DNA of 63,539 nucleotides, filler included, from Barthelona sp. PAP020 (Eukaryota), in assembly GCA_040182905.1 (NCBI GenBank). It is 3 parts of 3 records of this genome, joined end to end, with 100 filler letters (N's around TTAATTAATTAA, not from the genome) between each part and the next. Parts side by side here need not be neighbours in the genome. Positions count along the whole stretch, not along the records: positions 26,845 to 53,560 come from JARQWU010000134.1; 2 more parts are not named here. The stretch is one strand, 5' to 3'. The notes below the pieces were generated by a model that was given only the letters and a program-made list of their open reading frames with translations, was not told the DNA's origin and made no database searches. Shown piece by piece: positions 33,626 to 44,800 of the stretch. A program made the position numbers and the translations under genes. Position 1 is the stretch's first letter. Each line of letters starts with the position of its first letter.

Positions 33626-34015
33626 TTGAATATTTCTATCGATTAATACACAATTTTTGAATGTTATAGACAAAAGAATGTGTTCTCTCTCGAATCTATA
33701 AACAAGTTTGTTGGATTTTTTTTTTTCCTCTTTTCTGACAAGAGCAATTTTTGAATTTTTTAATTTAACAATAATTAAGAATCTGGTTATTTTTAATGTT
33801 TATGATGAGTAAATAAGAGAACAAATCAAAGTTTTGCTTGGAATTTGACTCAAAAGAGAAAAATATCAGCTCAATAGAATAATGTCTTGATAAAGGTTAC
33901 ATTGAGCAATTCCAAAAATAATTTGATCTTAATAATTTTTGTTAGGGATTTGAGGGAATAAAGTGAAACCATTCAAAACAGTTTTTCTTAATAATTTCTT
34001 TATTTTTTTAATCAT

Positions 34016-35083
34016 ATGAAAACGAATCAAACTATTGGTGAGAAACTTTGTGAAATGGGTTTTGAATTGGATGATTTGAAAATTTCCATTTTCAACAGTC
34101 TTTTTGATGAATTACGTGAAATTCCTTTGTTTGGTGGGATATTAGACATGTTCATTAACATATATGATAATGATCAGCAAATGGATGAAGAAAATGAAGA
34201 TTCTTTTTTGGATAACATTGGTTCTCATGTTTTGATGTATCTTGAGATATATTTTGATAAAAATAAAAAAGAATTTACAGATGAAAAGAAAGATTTGACA
34301 ATTGATTTGATTACCTTTTTTTTGAAAAAGTTCAGCAAAATTATTCGTTTCATTTTCTTAGTTTTTGAAAATATGCATCAAAACGATTTTAAGCATGGTT
34401 GTGGGTACAACAGAAAGTTTCATCATTCTTTTGGTTCCAAGAAATTTGATTTTTTTGGGATGAAAAACGGTATGCCTTCTATGCCCATGTATCCACCACC
34501 ACCACCACCATATTCCCCTTTTATGCCTATGCCACCATCCCCTCATATGCATCATATGTCTCATATGCACCTATTTCCAATGTTACCACGATATACTCCC
34601 TATTATCCTGATCATCCTCCTTATCATCATCATCATCGTCATCATCATCACAGGAAGGGAGATTTTATGTTTGGTAATTCTCCTTTTCAATGTTCTCCTG
34701 ATATTGATGTGGGGAACAACTTTGATAGTTTTGATGGACCTCATCATCCTGTGTGGGGTGGCTTCCAACGAAAAATGTACAAAATGGGAAAGGAAAATTG
34801 TAATCATGGCAACCAACAATGTTCATGCAACAGTGGTTGTGATTCCGAAGATATGACCGGGAATGATTGTTATCAGAAGGTTCTGAAAGCTATGAAACAA
34901 AGATTTGAAGGTAACATTCGTAAAAACACCACGGATGTGAATGAGGACAAGGGACAGAACGAGTCCATGTGTAAAATGAATCCAAAGTTCTTTTTGAAGA
35001 TGATGCGAAATTTTCAATGTTGCAACAGTTCCAGTTCTTCAAAAACAGATGATGTTATTGACAAAAATGAAAAGACTGATTAA
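34016..35083 (+). CDS. Hypothetical protein with Pro/His/Met-rich low-complexity and Cys-rich segments
   Basis: 355-aa ORF containing PPPPPP and HHHHRHHHH. Confidence 0.6.
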   Translation: MKTNQTIGEKLCEMGFELDDLKISIFNSLFDELREIPLFGGILDMFINIYDNDQQMDEENEDSFLDNIGSHVLMYLEIYFDKNKKEFTDEKKDLTIDLITFFLKKFSKIIRFIFLVFENMHQNDFKHGCGYNRKFHHSFGSKKFDFFGMKNGMPSMPMYPPPPPPYSPFMPMPPSPHMHHMSHMHLFPMLPRYTPYYPDHPPYHHHHRHHHHRKGDFMFGNSPFQCSPDIDVGNNFDSFDGPHHPVWGGFQRKMYKMGKENCNHGNQQCSCNSGCDSEDMTGNDCYQKVLKAMKQRFEGNIRKNTTDVNEDKGQNESMCKMNPKFFLKMMRNFQCCNSSSSSKTDDVIDKNEKTD

Positions 35084-35151
35084 TTTGGGTTCAGAAGAAA
35101 AAAAAAGAAGCACACCTAAATATTTTTTATTTGCTAACGGTAACAGGAGAA

Positions 35152-36540
35152 TCATTTAAACCTAAAATATAGGTATTCACCATAGGTATACACCAAAAAC
35201 ATACAATTAAAAACAGATAATATGATAAGAGGGAAATAATATTTGTTTGAAAATACAAGATTCATCAAATCCACAAAAGTATATATAAATATATAAATTT
35301 TAGTAATTTTATCAATTTTTACATTTTTATCTTTTTTGTCAACATTCTGAGAAATAACAAACAAATAAATCCATAAAAATAAAAAGAATCTAAGCAAATA
35401 TTCATTCAAATCATACAGCAAAGGCAATTGACTTGTGGAGCTGATCAAAACAAATCTGATTAAAATGGAAGCCATTTTTTCATTCGATTTGATGACATAA
35501 AGAATGTGTAAACAGAATAGAGGAAGGATTAGTGCTTTCTCATGAACATGATATCCGAAGAGAAAATAAAACAATCCAGCTTGAAAGAAATAATGAGCAA
35601 CAGTTTCAACCGTGATTGATTTACGTTTCAATTGTCTTAAACTCATGATAATAATGGAACCAAAGACCAACACATGGGTAATCAAGGGAGTAACCATTGG
35701 TAGTACTTGAGTACTTTGACCCAATATTCCTTTCGTAAAGGGAGAAGAAATGCCTTTCAAATAGCAAAAGCATATGTCCAATGAAACATAAAGTGCCCAT
35801 ACATTAGGTGCCCAATAAGTATGAACCAGCCCTCTTTGGAACGGAAATAAGCGACTAACCAATTGAGATATTTGTTCTTTATTCAAAAAGGGTAATAGAG
35901 TGAATAAAACAACAATAAATGCAAAGAAACAAATTTTCAGAAACTTCTTAATGTCCTTTTTGCAAGAAATAAACAACAATACAATGAAAATAGGTGCATA
36001 TATAATAAACAAGTGTTTCAACAATAATAAAACGGCAAATTCAAGAGTAGCCCAAAAAGGTTGTGTGGGAAGATGATACATGATCATAACAAAAAAGAAC
36101 AAAAGAAAGCCATTATATTGAAAATGTATTGCATCTATAAAATATAAAGCAGGGGATAGACAGATTAACAGGGCCAAAAATTCGCGCTTTTTTAAAATCT
36201 TTAAAAAAAAGTATAACAACATTAAAGAACTTAAAATGACGGTTAATCTTTGAAAAAAAATCGTATTAAAAGATACATAAGGTTGTTTACTTATTAATAA
36301 CATTCGTTTATCAAAAAATTGAGCAAAAAAAGATAAAATCTTTTCAAAATATGCAAAATAAGGTGGATAATCTAAAGTCCATTCATTTGTTTGATTGAAA
36401 TACCATTGGCTTAAAGGTAATGAATGAACTATTGACAACCAATTTCTGTGAACATCAAAATCAGTTGAATGGTATAAAAAGAATCCAAATGCATAACATA
36501 TTATGAATATAAACCAGTAATCGACTTTTCGTAAATTCAT
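35152..36540 (-). CDS. ALG8: Dol-P-Glc alpha-1,3-glucosyltransferase Alg8
   Basis: YHSTDFDVHRNWL, WTLDYPPYFAYFE, RLFPFQRGLVHTYWAPNVWALY and GYHVHEKA motifs. Confidence 0.92.
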   Translation of the reverse strand: MNLRKVDYWFIFIICYAFGFFLYHSTDFDVHRNWLSIVHSLPLSQWYFNQTNEWTLDYPPYFAYFEKILSFFAQFFDKRMLLISKQPYVSFNTIFFQRLTVILSSLMLLYFFLKILKKREFLALLICLSPALYFIDAIHFQYNGFLLFFFVMIMYHLPTQPFWATLEFAVLLLLKHLFIIYAPIFIVLLFISCKKDIKKFLKICFFAFIVVLFTLLPFLNKEQISQLVSRLFPFQRGLVHTYWAPNVWALYVSLDICFCYLKGISSPFTKGILGQSTQVLPMVTPLITHVLVFGSIIIMSLRQLKRKSITVETVAHYFFQAGLFYFLFGYHVHEKALILPLFCLHILYVIKSNEKMASILIRFVLISSTSQLPLLYDLNEYLLRFFLFLWIYLFVISQNVDKKDKNVKIDKITKIYIFIYTFVDLMNLVFSNKYYFPLIILSVFNCMFLVYTYGEYLYFRFK

Positions 36541-36984
36541 AACTTATTAAAATCAATGACGATACAAAATGCTTCACACTTTATTTCCTTTTTTCATTTT
36601 AAGTTCTGTTGAATATTAAAATTGAAACAATCATGCTATTTAGGTTGTGNNNNNNNNNNNNNNNNNNNNNNNNNNNNNNNNNNNNNNNNNNNNNNNNNNN
36701 NNNNNNNNNNNNNNNNNNNNNNNNNNNNNNNNNNNNNNNNNNNNNNNNNNNNNNNNNNNNNNNNNNNNNNNNNNNNNNNNNNNNNNNNNNNNNNNNNNNN
36801 NNNNNNNNNNNNNNNNNNNNNNNNNNNNNNNNNNNNNNNNNNNNNNNNNNNNNNNNNNNNNNNNNNNNNNNNNNNNNNNNNNNNNNNNNNNNNNNNNNNN
36901 NNNNNNNNNNNNNNNNNNNNNNNNNNNNNNNNNNNNNNNNNNNNNNNNNNNNNNNNNNNNNNNNNNNNNNNNNNNNNNNNNNNN

Positions 36985-38010
36985 AAATGCTAAATTTTCA
37001 ATTTCTGTTTCATTTAACATGGAAATGGTAGAATATAAATAACCTTCAACCAAGGCTTTGAACATTTGCATTTGCATTCTAACTTTAGATAAGTCCCCTT
37101 CATCTTCAGAGGAAGATATGGTGGAAGTACGTACCAGATCTCCAAAATCATATAATGCCAACCCTGGCATTACAGTATCTAAATCAATACAACATATTGC
37201 TTCGTTTGTTTCTTCATCCAATAAAACATTGTTTATTTTTGTATCATTATGTGTAATTCTTTCAGGTATTAACCCTCTTTTATGTAAATCTAATAGATGA
37301 CTGGTTATATGTTTACGTGAAGTGAAAAATTCAATTTCTGCAGCAACTGTTGATGCACGATTCATTTTATCTTCTTTAAGAACATTTTCAAAATGTTCAT
37401 ACCTTTTTATTGTATCATGAAAATGAGGAATTGTTTCAAAAAGGGGTTCACCAGGAAAATCACTCAATTCTCTTTGGAATTTTCCAAATGCTTTTCCAGC
37501 TTCATAAGCCTGTTCTTCTTTTTGCACAACATCATAAGCAACCGTGTTGTGAATAAAAAGAAAAATCCTCCAATAATTTCCATCCAAATCTTTGTAAACA
37601 AGTTTATCATCAATTGTTTCAATAATTGTAAGAACGCAACGGTTAACATCTTTACAATTATTTTGAATAAGCTTAGAACGTATATGTTCAGTGACCCTTC
37701 GGATATTATTCATCAATTGTTCAGGATTTTGAAATACTTTGTGATTAATCCTTTGAAGAACATATCGTTCTTGTTTTTTATTATTATTTATTGTAAACAA
37801 ATATGAATCATTGATATGACCATTTCCAAAAGGTTTAATATCAATAACAGTTCCATAAATTTTGAAATTTTGAACGATATGGTGCATACTATCATACAAT
37901 AGCTTTATTTTATCAAAAAGAACTTCTTCATTCGAATTCTTTTGAATGCCCATATTTTCAACTATGATAATATTATTATTATCAGATTTTAATTCAGTTG
38001 GAATTGTCAT
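36985..38010 (-). CDS. APH-superfamily phosphotransferase, N-acetylhexosamine 1-kinase (NahK)-like; 3' end lost in an N gap
   Basis: GNGHINDSY, YVLQRINH, PERITHNDTKINNVL, CIDLDTVMPG and YDFGDLVR motifs. Confidence 0.85.
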
Positions 38011-38163
38011 AGGGATGATAAAGAACTTAAAAAAGGAACAGTAGGACCCAAACTATTTTCGTTCACAGAACATTTTGCAATCAATTTTCAATTTTTATTT
38101 CATTATTAAAGAATTAAAATAACAATAATAAAATATTACTATTTACAATATTTTGTTTGATAT

Positions 38164-39378
38164 TTAGAAAGTCCCTTGTTTGACCAGAATTCCAAAATTT
38201 TTATTTTTTTCAAATCCAAAAGTGTTATGATCATTATAATTACCAAATGAACGTGAACTGTTTAATTTATTCGCTGTTTTTACAATAAAATCAGATGAAA
38301 AAATCTTTGCTGAATGTGGATACCTTTTGTAACAAGAAAAGAGTTCATCATTTTGAACAATTAAATCCACTATGTGCTCAATTTTTGTATAATTATTATT
38401 ATTATTTGATAACAATAATTTGCTGAGATCTTTTAATTGAATTTCAAAACCAATATTGGGTCTAATAACGAACCGCTTTTGTTTTATGTAATTGAAAGCT
38501 TCTGCATAACTCAAATGAAAACGGATCATTAAAATTCCAAGAACTATGGCCGGTGATCTGCTGATGCCTTTTGAACAATGAATTAACAATTTGTCTTCTT
38601 CTCTTAAAGAATCAAAAATTTCAATAATTTCACATAAAATATTCAATAAAAACACTTCTGGTTCATCTGGAATGAAAAATTCCTTGTAAAAAAAATTATT
38701 TTCTTCTTTCTTTACTTGAGACAATGATAAATTTATTATATGTGTAATTCCCATTGCTTGAAGACCTTTTAAATCATTTAACGGTGTCAAACCTGAAATG
38801 AACAAATTACTTTTAATTTTAGACACTGCCGACAAAACATTTTCTCTCAGAGATTCCTTTGTTGAGCAAAAAAAACTTATCTCATCTTTTTCTTCTTCTT
38901 TTGTATCAATATAAATTGGAGATAATGAAATTGAAGGTAACCCTTTCGAAAAAGGGACTTCTCTTGTCTTATAATTCTCCATATAAGATATAAAGTCATT
39001 AACTTCTCGAATATCAAAAATTTTTATCAATTCTTTAAAAAGAACACAATGCAAAGTGCTGGAAGAAAAGAAAAAGTGAAAAAAATCATCATATACGTGT
39101 AAATCAAATAATCTTTCATCAAAATCAAATATTATAAAATAGCAAAGTATAAGATAACGTAAACTTAAATTAGAATCAAAGTGTTTTACAATATCAGACA
39201 ATAAATTAAAATATTCAATTATTCCCTGGAACAAATCATAAATATTGGTTATTAATTCTTCATTTTCAATAAAATTAGAATAAATAAAATCAGTAAAATG
39301 TTCTTCAAATTCACATTCTGATGTGAAAGTATTTAATATTTCATATAAATATTCAATCAATTGCTCAACTCGCTTCAT
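38164..39378 (-). CDS. Dual-specificity protein phosphatase
   Basis: LIHCSKGISRS P-loop, GITHIINLS and IRPNIGF motifs. Confidence 0.9.
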   Translation of the reverse strand: MKRVEQLIEYLYEILNTFTSECEFEEHFTDFIYSNFIENEELITNIYDLFQGIIEYFNLLSDIVKHFDSNLSLRYLILCYFIIFDFDERLFDLHVYDDFFHFFFSSSTLHCVLFKELIKIFDIREVNDFISYMENYKTREVPFSKGLPSISLSPIYIDTKEEEKDEISFFCSTKESLRENVLSAVSKIKSNLFISGLTPLNDLKGLQAMGITHIINLSLSQVKKEENNFFYKEFFIPDEPEVFLLNILCEIIEIFDSLREEDKLLIHCSKGISRSPAIVLGILMIRFHLSYAEAFNYIKQKRFVIRPNIGFEIQLKDLSKLLLSNNNNNYTKIEHIVDLIVQNDELFSCYKRYPHSAKIFSSDFIVKTANKLNSSRSFGNYNDHNTFGFEKNKNFGILVKQGTF

Positions 39379-39498
39379 TTAAAACATATGTTAGTACATA
39401 ATTAAAAATAAGTGTTTTGTCTGGAATTAAAAAATTCTATTTATACCTTTAATTTTATCTGAACAATGTTAACGAATCTTTTTCAATCCATCTTATAG

Positions 39499-41526
39499 AT
39501 GCAAAAAAACCACCAAATGTCTCATGAACCATATTATTTTCCCTTCAAACCATATCCAATGCAAATTGAATTGATGGATGAAATCGTAAATTCTTTTAAA
39601 GAATCTAAAATAGCTTTATTAGAAGCTCCTACAGGTTCAGGAAAAAGTTTATCCATAATATATTCATTGATTTATTATATTTTTAATAACACATCTAACA
39701 ATCCTAAAAATATGAACAAATCCAAATCTACTTTACCTTCTTGGATAAGCAAACAAGCTAGTGAAATAAACAAAGGCATACCGTTTTTTACATCACAAGA
39801 AATATTTTTCAAGGAAAATTTTACAGAAAATTTTGATGAATTTAAAGAATTTATTCAAAAAAGGGGTAAAATAATATATGTATCCCGTACTCATAGTCAA
39901 TTAGAACAATTTATTCGAGATCTAAATGTAGTGAATAATAGTCATCCTTTGTTAGAAAATAAGGAATTATTTTATTCTTTAAGAGCTAGTAGAAAACATT
40001 TATGCGTTAACAGTCATGTTAACTCTTCTTCAACTTCAGAATACTTGGATGAAAAATGTCGAGACCTTGTTTCCAAAGGGAAATGTTCTTTTTATTGTTC
40101 AAATAACGATATTGAGGATCTGGCCTTGTTCAAAAATTGTTGCTCTATTGATGAATTGCGAGATATTGGTCTATCGCGATATAGATGTCCTTATTTCTCT
40201 ACTTTGAGACTATCGAACATTGTTGACGTTATTGTTGCGCCATATCAAATCATAGATTCAATAGATATTCATGAAAATGATCTTGTGATCATTGATGAAG
40301 CACATAATATTTTTTCTGCGTTTGAAAGCATGTATTCCATTTCAATAAAAAGAAAAGAAATTGAAGAATGCATGATGGTTTTGACTGAATATCATACCAA
40401 ATTCAAATACCAATTCTCCCCTTTGAATAATCGAACGATTGTTTCTTTGTTAAATTTTTTAAGAGTTTTGAAAGATTTAGTGTCGTGTACAGGAAATATA
40501 GTTGACATTTTTCAAGCAAATGTTCCATTTTTACAATTTTGTAACTTTTTGGATTTTCAAAGGCTGTACAAAGTTAGTTGCAACATTGAAGAGCATAAAG
40601 TATTTAAAAAGTTAAAGCACTTCTTTAATTGCATTATATTTTTGCTAAACCTTAATAATAATGATGTAAGTCATCTGTTTGTTGATGAAAATAATGTGGA
40701 CATTTTATGTTTGACAGGTATTGCCCCATTGTCTTTAGTTATTGAAAAATGTAAAAGTGCAATTCTTTTGGCAGGGACTCTTAGACCCTTTGATATAATT
40801 ATCCAACAATTTCAAGTTTTAAACTTCCAAAAACCTTTAGTAACAAAGTTTTACAATCATATCATCGATCCCAACAATTTTTTATTGAATATTTGTGAAA
40901 GTTTCAATTTTTCATTTCAACACCGTTCCAATATTCGGCAAATAACGGATTGTCAAACATTTTTATTAAAAATTAGATTACTGGTTAATCAAGGAGGTTT
41001 GATTGTATTCTTTAGCTCCAAAGGAATGTTAGAATTGTTTGAGAATTTTGATTCCAAACAGTTTCCCTTGTTTAAAGAAGGAGATCATGACAATATTTTC
41101 AAGGATTACAAAATTTCTGTGGAAAACAACCAAAGACCAATTTTATTTTCCGTTTTAAGAGGTAGTTTGTCCGAAGGAATTGATTTTAAAGATGATTTAG
41201 CACGTTGTGTAGTCATAGTAGGAGTTCCTTTTCCTTCCAAAGAAGGAGATTTGCAAAAGAGGTTGATATATTTGCAAAATAAATACAATCAAGATTTTTC
41301 TGAGAAATATTACTTGAGCTTAGCAATGAAAGCAACAAATCAAGCTATTGGAAGAGCTATTCGACACATAAATGACTGGGCAACTTGCGTTTTAATTGAT
41401 CAGAGATTTGTTCAATTACAAAACGATCTTTCGGAATGGATGTTACGAAATAAAGGAATAGGAACATCTCCACAAATTTGTTCCAACTTATTTCGTTTTT
41501 TCAAACAAAGAAATTTTGAAAAATGA
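39499..41526 (+). CDS. DDX11: Chl1/DDX11-like Fe-S DNA helicase (XPD family)
   Basis: FPFKPY, EAPTGSGKS, SRTHSQL, four Fe-S cysteines, DEAHN, LSEGIDF.DDLARC and NQAIGRAIRH motifs. Confidence 0.85.
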   Translation: MQKNHQMSHEPYYFPFKPYPMQIELMDEIVNSFKESKIALLEAPTGSGKSLSIIYSLIYYIFNNTSNNPKNMNKSKSTLPSWISKQASEINKGIPFFTSQEIFFKENFTENFDEFKEFIQKRGKIIYVSRTHSQLEQFIRDLNVVNNSHPLLENKELFYSLRASRKHLCVNSHVNSSSTSEYLDEKCRDLVSKGKCSFYCSNNDIEDLALFKNCCSIDELRDIGLSRYRCPYFSTLRLSNIVDVIVAPYQIIDSIDIHENDLVIIDEAHNIFSAFESMYSISIKRKEIEECMMVLTEYHTKFKYQFSPLNNRTIVSLLNFLRVLKDLVSCTGNIVDIFQANVPFLQFCNFLDFQRLYKVSCNIEEHKVFKKLKHFFNCIIFLLNLNNNDVSHLFVDENNVDILCLTGIAPLSLVIEKCKSAILLAGTLRPFDIIIQQFQVLNFQKPLVTKFYNHIIDPNNFLLNICESFNFSFQHRSNIRQITDCQTFLLKIRLLVNQGGLIVFFSSKGMLELFENFDSKQFPLFKEGDHDNIFKDYKISVENNQRPILFSVLRGSLSEGIDFKDDLARCVVIVGVPFPSKEGDLQKRLIYLQNKYNQDFSEKYYLSLAMKATNQAIGRAIRHINDWATCVLIDQRFVQLQNDLSEWMLRNKGIGTSPQICSNLFRFFKQRNFEK

Positions 41527-41568
41527 GTTAGTTGGCCTTCAACAGTTTTTTTTCTCAAAATTCACTTT

Positions 41569-41887
41569 TTATTTTCAAGCCAAGAAACACTGTGTGTGCT
41601 AGTGAATAAGAAAGAATGGTGTTTATTCGGTTAAAATCCTTTGAGGCCCGATTGATCTGTTGTAACTTTTAATTTTTCAACAGTGAAAGATAGAAACTTT
41701 AAAATTTTGCTTTTGCCAAATACAAAAAACAGTGGAAAAAAAATTTCGCCAAAATTTTCATGCTAGATTGTCAAAATCAAATTTTTTTACCTCAATTCCC
41801 GTGGTTTTGACTGAAATTTTTCTTGAAGAAGTTTTCTGTGTTTATTTTCTCTGTAAATAAATATAGTTGTTTCACAACTGGACTAAT
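41569..41887 (+). repeat. F2 repeat abutting the retroelement
   Basis: TTATTTTCAAGCCAAG...AGTTGTTTCACAACTGGACT. Confidence 0.88.
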
Positions 41888-44800
41888 TTATTAGATATTT
41901 ATGAGGTATGAGTTGTTCAGTGAACAACGAAACGAGTTAGCTTAAGGTTTGGGGAAAACTCACGTGGATTCAGATGCCCGTTAAGGCAGTGAGTGTTACC
42001 TTCCTTAAGTAATGGAATCGTTGCTACTGATAAGCTAACTTGTTTGTGTGTTCACACAAAGTTCCCGTACCTTCTGGTAGTGTCTGTAGAGACGTGTCCC
42101 AACTGTTTCCTGAGCTCTTCTAAGGTTTCTTCCTCTGTCAAGCCGAATATTTTGTTTTCGTTACGCTTGTGAATGACATACCCATGTCTAAAGTCATGAG
42201 GTTTCACTGCTTTTTGCTTCAAAACAGATCGAACCTTTCTTTCAAGTTTTTGGAATTGTTTTGTTTCCACTTCTTTGTGGCTAAAACAGATGTATGGGCT
42301 TTCTGGTGATCTGTTTGCCAGGAATCTGCTTAAAAATTGTCCGGCTTCACTTTGCATTTCCCAAGCTTCGATCAGTTTTGTTGATTCTCTACTCTTCAAC
42401 CCTTCGTCATTCAATCCACCGTTTATGTGGATCGGAACCTCTCCTTTTCCATTGTAAAGTGTTCCTTGTGTAAAGTAAGGTGACAAAGATCGTACAGCTT
42501 CTCCTATTCTGCATCCAGTGAGTAGCATTATTGCTATAGCAGCATTTGTTTGATCCGGTAATCCTTTTGTTCCTTTATTCCAATTCAATCTGAAGTTATT
42601 GTTCACTCTGTTGTACGCTTCGATTGTGTCCGGTGGTTGGACTCCTTCCGTCCGGTTACTCTTTTGCAATTTACTTGTCGTCTCTTTGAATTTCTCTAAT
42701 ATTGGGTCGCATGCAATTTCCCTATACTTGTCTGGGAAATTTGCTTGTAAATGCGATAGAATTGCCGATAAGTATGACAGTAACGTTGAAGGTTTCAGTT
42801 GTTGGTCCTTTCTTAAGAAGTTAAAATAGTGGATGATATCGCTTGTTGTCAATTCGTTTATGGTCATTTTTTCGTCCTGTTGCCGCAGGAATTGCATTAA
42901 TGCCCGCATCTTCGCGCGATACTGGTCTTTTGTTGATGGTTTCAGATTGGATGAAAGATATTCTCTCACACTCTCACGCACTTTTGACTTGTATTTATTT
43001 TCTTCCATTTTTTCTGACACCAAAAGACCCGATAATGGTGAATTATTAATTTCCGTCGAATGTATGATCGATACGTCGGTTTGTTTGTTTGCAACCGCTT
43101 CCTTTAGCCAATTTTCGATTATTTGGGTTTGATCCCCCTCCAAGAACAATTCTCCTTGTTCATTTATTATTGTTGGCAATGGTATCAAAAAGTTTGATTT
43201 TCCTTTACGCCAATTTCCTTTTCCGATTCCTAATTTGGCTCTACTCTGTAGTTCTTCAGGTAAGAATTGGACTGAAGTTGCTCGGGGTGCTGATTTTTGC
43301 GGTTGTAATCTCATGTAGGAATTTTTCCTGTCCTGCTTCTTGAGTTCTCTAATTACCGCTGTTTCGCGTGCCACGCTTCCTTTTTTGGGTCTAATAACTG
43401 CATTATTCATGTGCTGTGGCCAAAAAGGTTTATTTTCCAGGGGGTTATAGAAACATTGGGGTGTTTCTTTTGGAATTTCCAGCTCTAGTGGTAGTTTCGG
43501 CTGCTCCAATTGTTTTAGCTTCCGAATTTCCGTCTCTTCAGCCTTCCTGGATACTGCGTCCGCTATCTTGTTGTGTTCGGTATTTATGTAACGAGCTTCC
43601 AGATGTATTGCTTCCTCTTTTAAAAGCTTATGGATCTCATCTCCCAGTGTCTTCAATGTTTTGCTTTTCGCCCTCAGTTCTAATGCTGCTATTGTGTTAG
43701 CGTTGTCACAATATACTGCTATCGTGGAGTCACATGGTACATCTTCTACTATTTCCTTGAGGGCCTCCAAGACTGCTCTCAGTTCCATCTCGGCTATGGT
43801 TCCATCTGATTTATGGGGGACTTGAAAATATTTCCCTTGGTCGAATACATAACAGCCTGCTCCCTGCAATGAGGCATCCGTTGATATAGTTACGGTTCTT
43901 GGCGTAATATTAAAGTCCACAAATTCCAAGTCTTCTACTTCTTGTTTCGTTTTTCTCAACAATTTCCTGTTCTCTTCTGATAATTTTATTCGGCAATTTG
44001 GTCCTTTGTCATGTATTCCACGAAGAATGTTTGCTAAACGACATTTTATCTTGTAGAATTGTTTGTGCATTGTATATGCAAACTCTATTTGCCCGTTTAT
44101 TCTTTGAATAGATCTTAGTGTTGGGTTAGATAATGTTTTCTGTATCGTTCTACTGAACTTTAGGCCTGTCGACTGTTGTAGTTTTACTTTGCAATCCTTC
44201 TCCAGGTTAAAAACCCAACCTCTATATTCCACTATCTGTGATGGAATTAATGTCGATTTTTCTGTGTTTATCACGACACCTGCCTCTTGCATGATTCCTG
44301 TCGCGATTAAGACAGATTCTTTTACTTCGTCTTCGGTTTTCCCAACAATTAGGAAGTCGTCAAGGTAGAATGTTATTTTAACTCCTTTTCTCCTGATTTC
44401 CTTCACCATTACCTGCATAGCTGATGCAAAATATGCTGGTGCTACCGTTAGTCCGAAAGGAAGTTTCTTCGCTGTGAACGTTTGATCGTTAAATGTAATG
44501 CCCAGTTTCTTTTGGTCATCCTTTGCGATATTCATGTGATGATATCCATCTTTTAGGTCGATTGTGGCACCCCAGTGGTTTTCTAAGAAGAACAGTGGGG
44601 AAATGGGTTCGTATGCAAACGGATAAACCGGTGTGTTGAGATTTACGTCACGATAATCAATGATTACACGATATTTTCCATTCTTTTTTTCTCTAAAAAA
44701 TACTGGTGCCAGGTTTCCGTCTGTTTTTGCTTCTACGATTGCCCCCTCCTCTATTAAGCCATTGAAGGCTTCTTTAAGTTTCACATCGTTACAGATGTAC

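Noticed and set aside
41900..42050. Hammerhead ribozyme in the element's end (ATGA-hairpin-GAAAC...GTT on the + strand)
   Set aside because: The core reads GGTATGA rather than CTGANGA, no stem I can form, and it is antisense to the ORF
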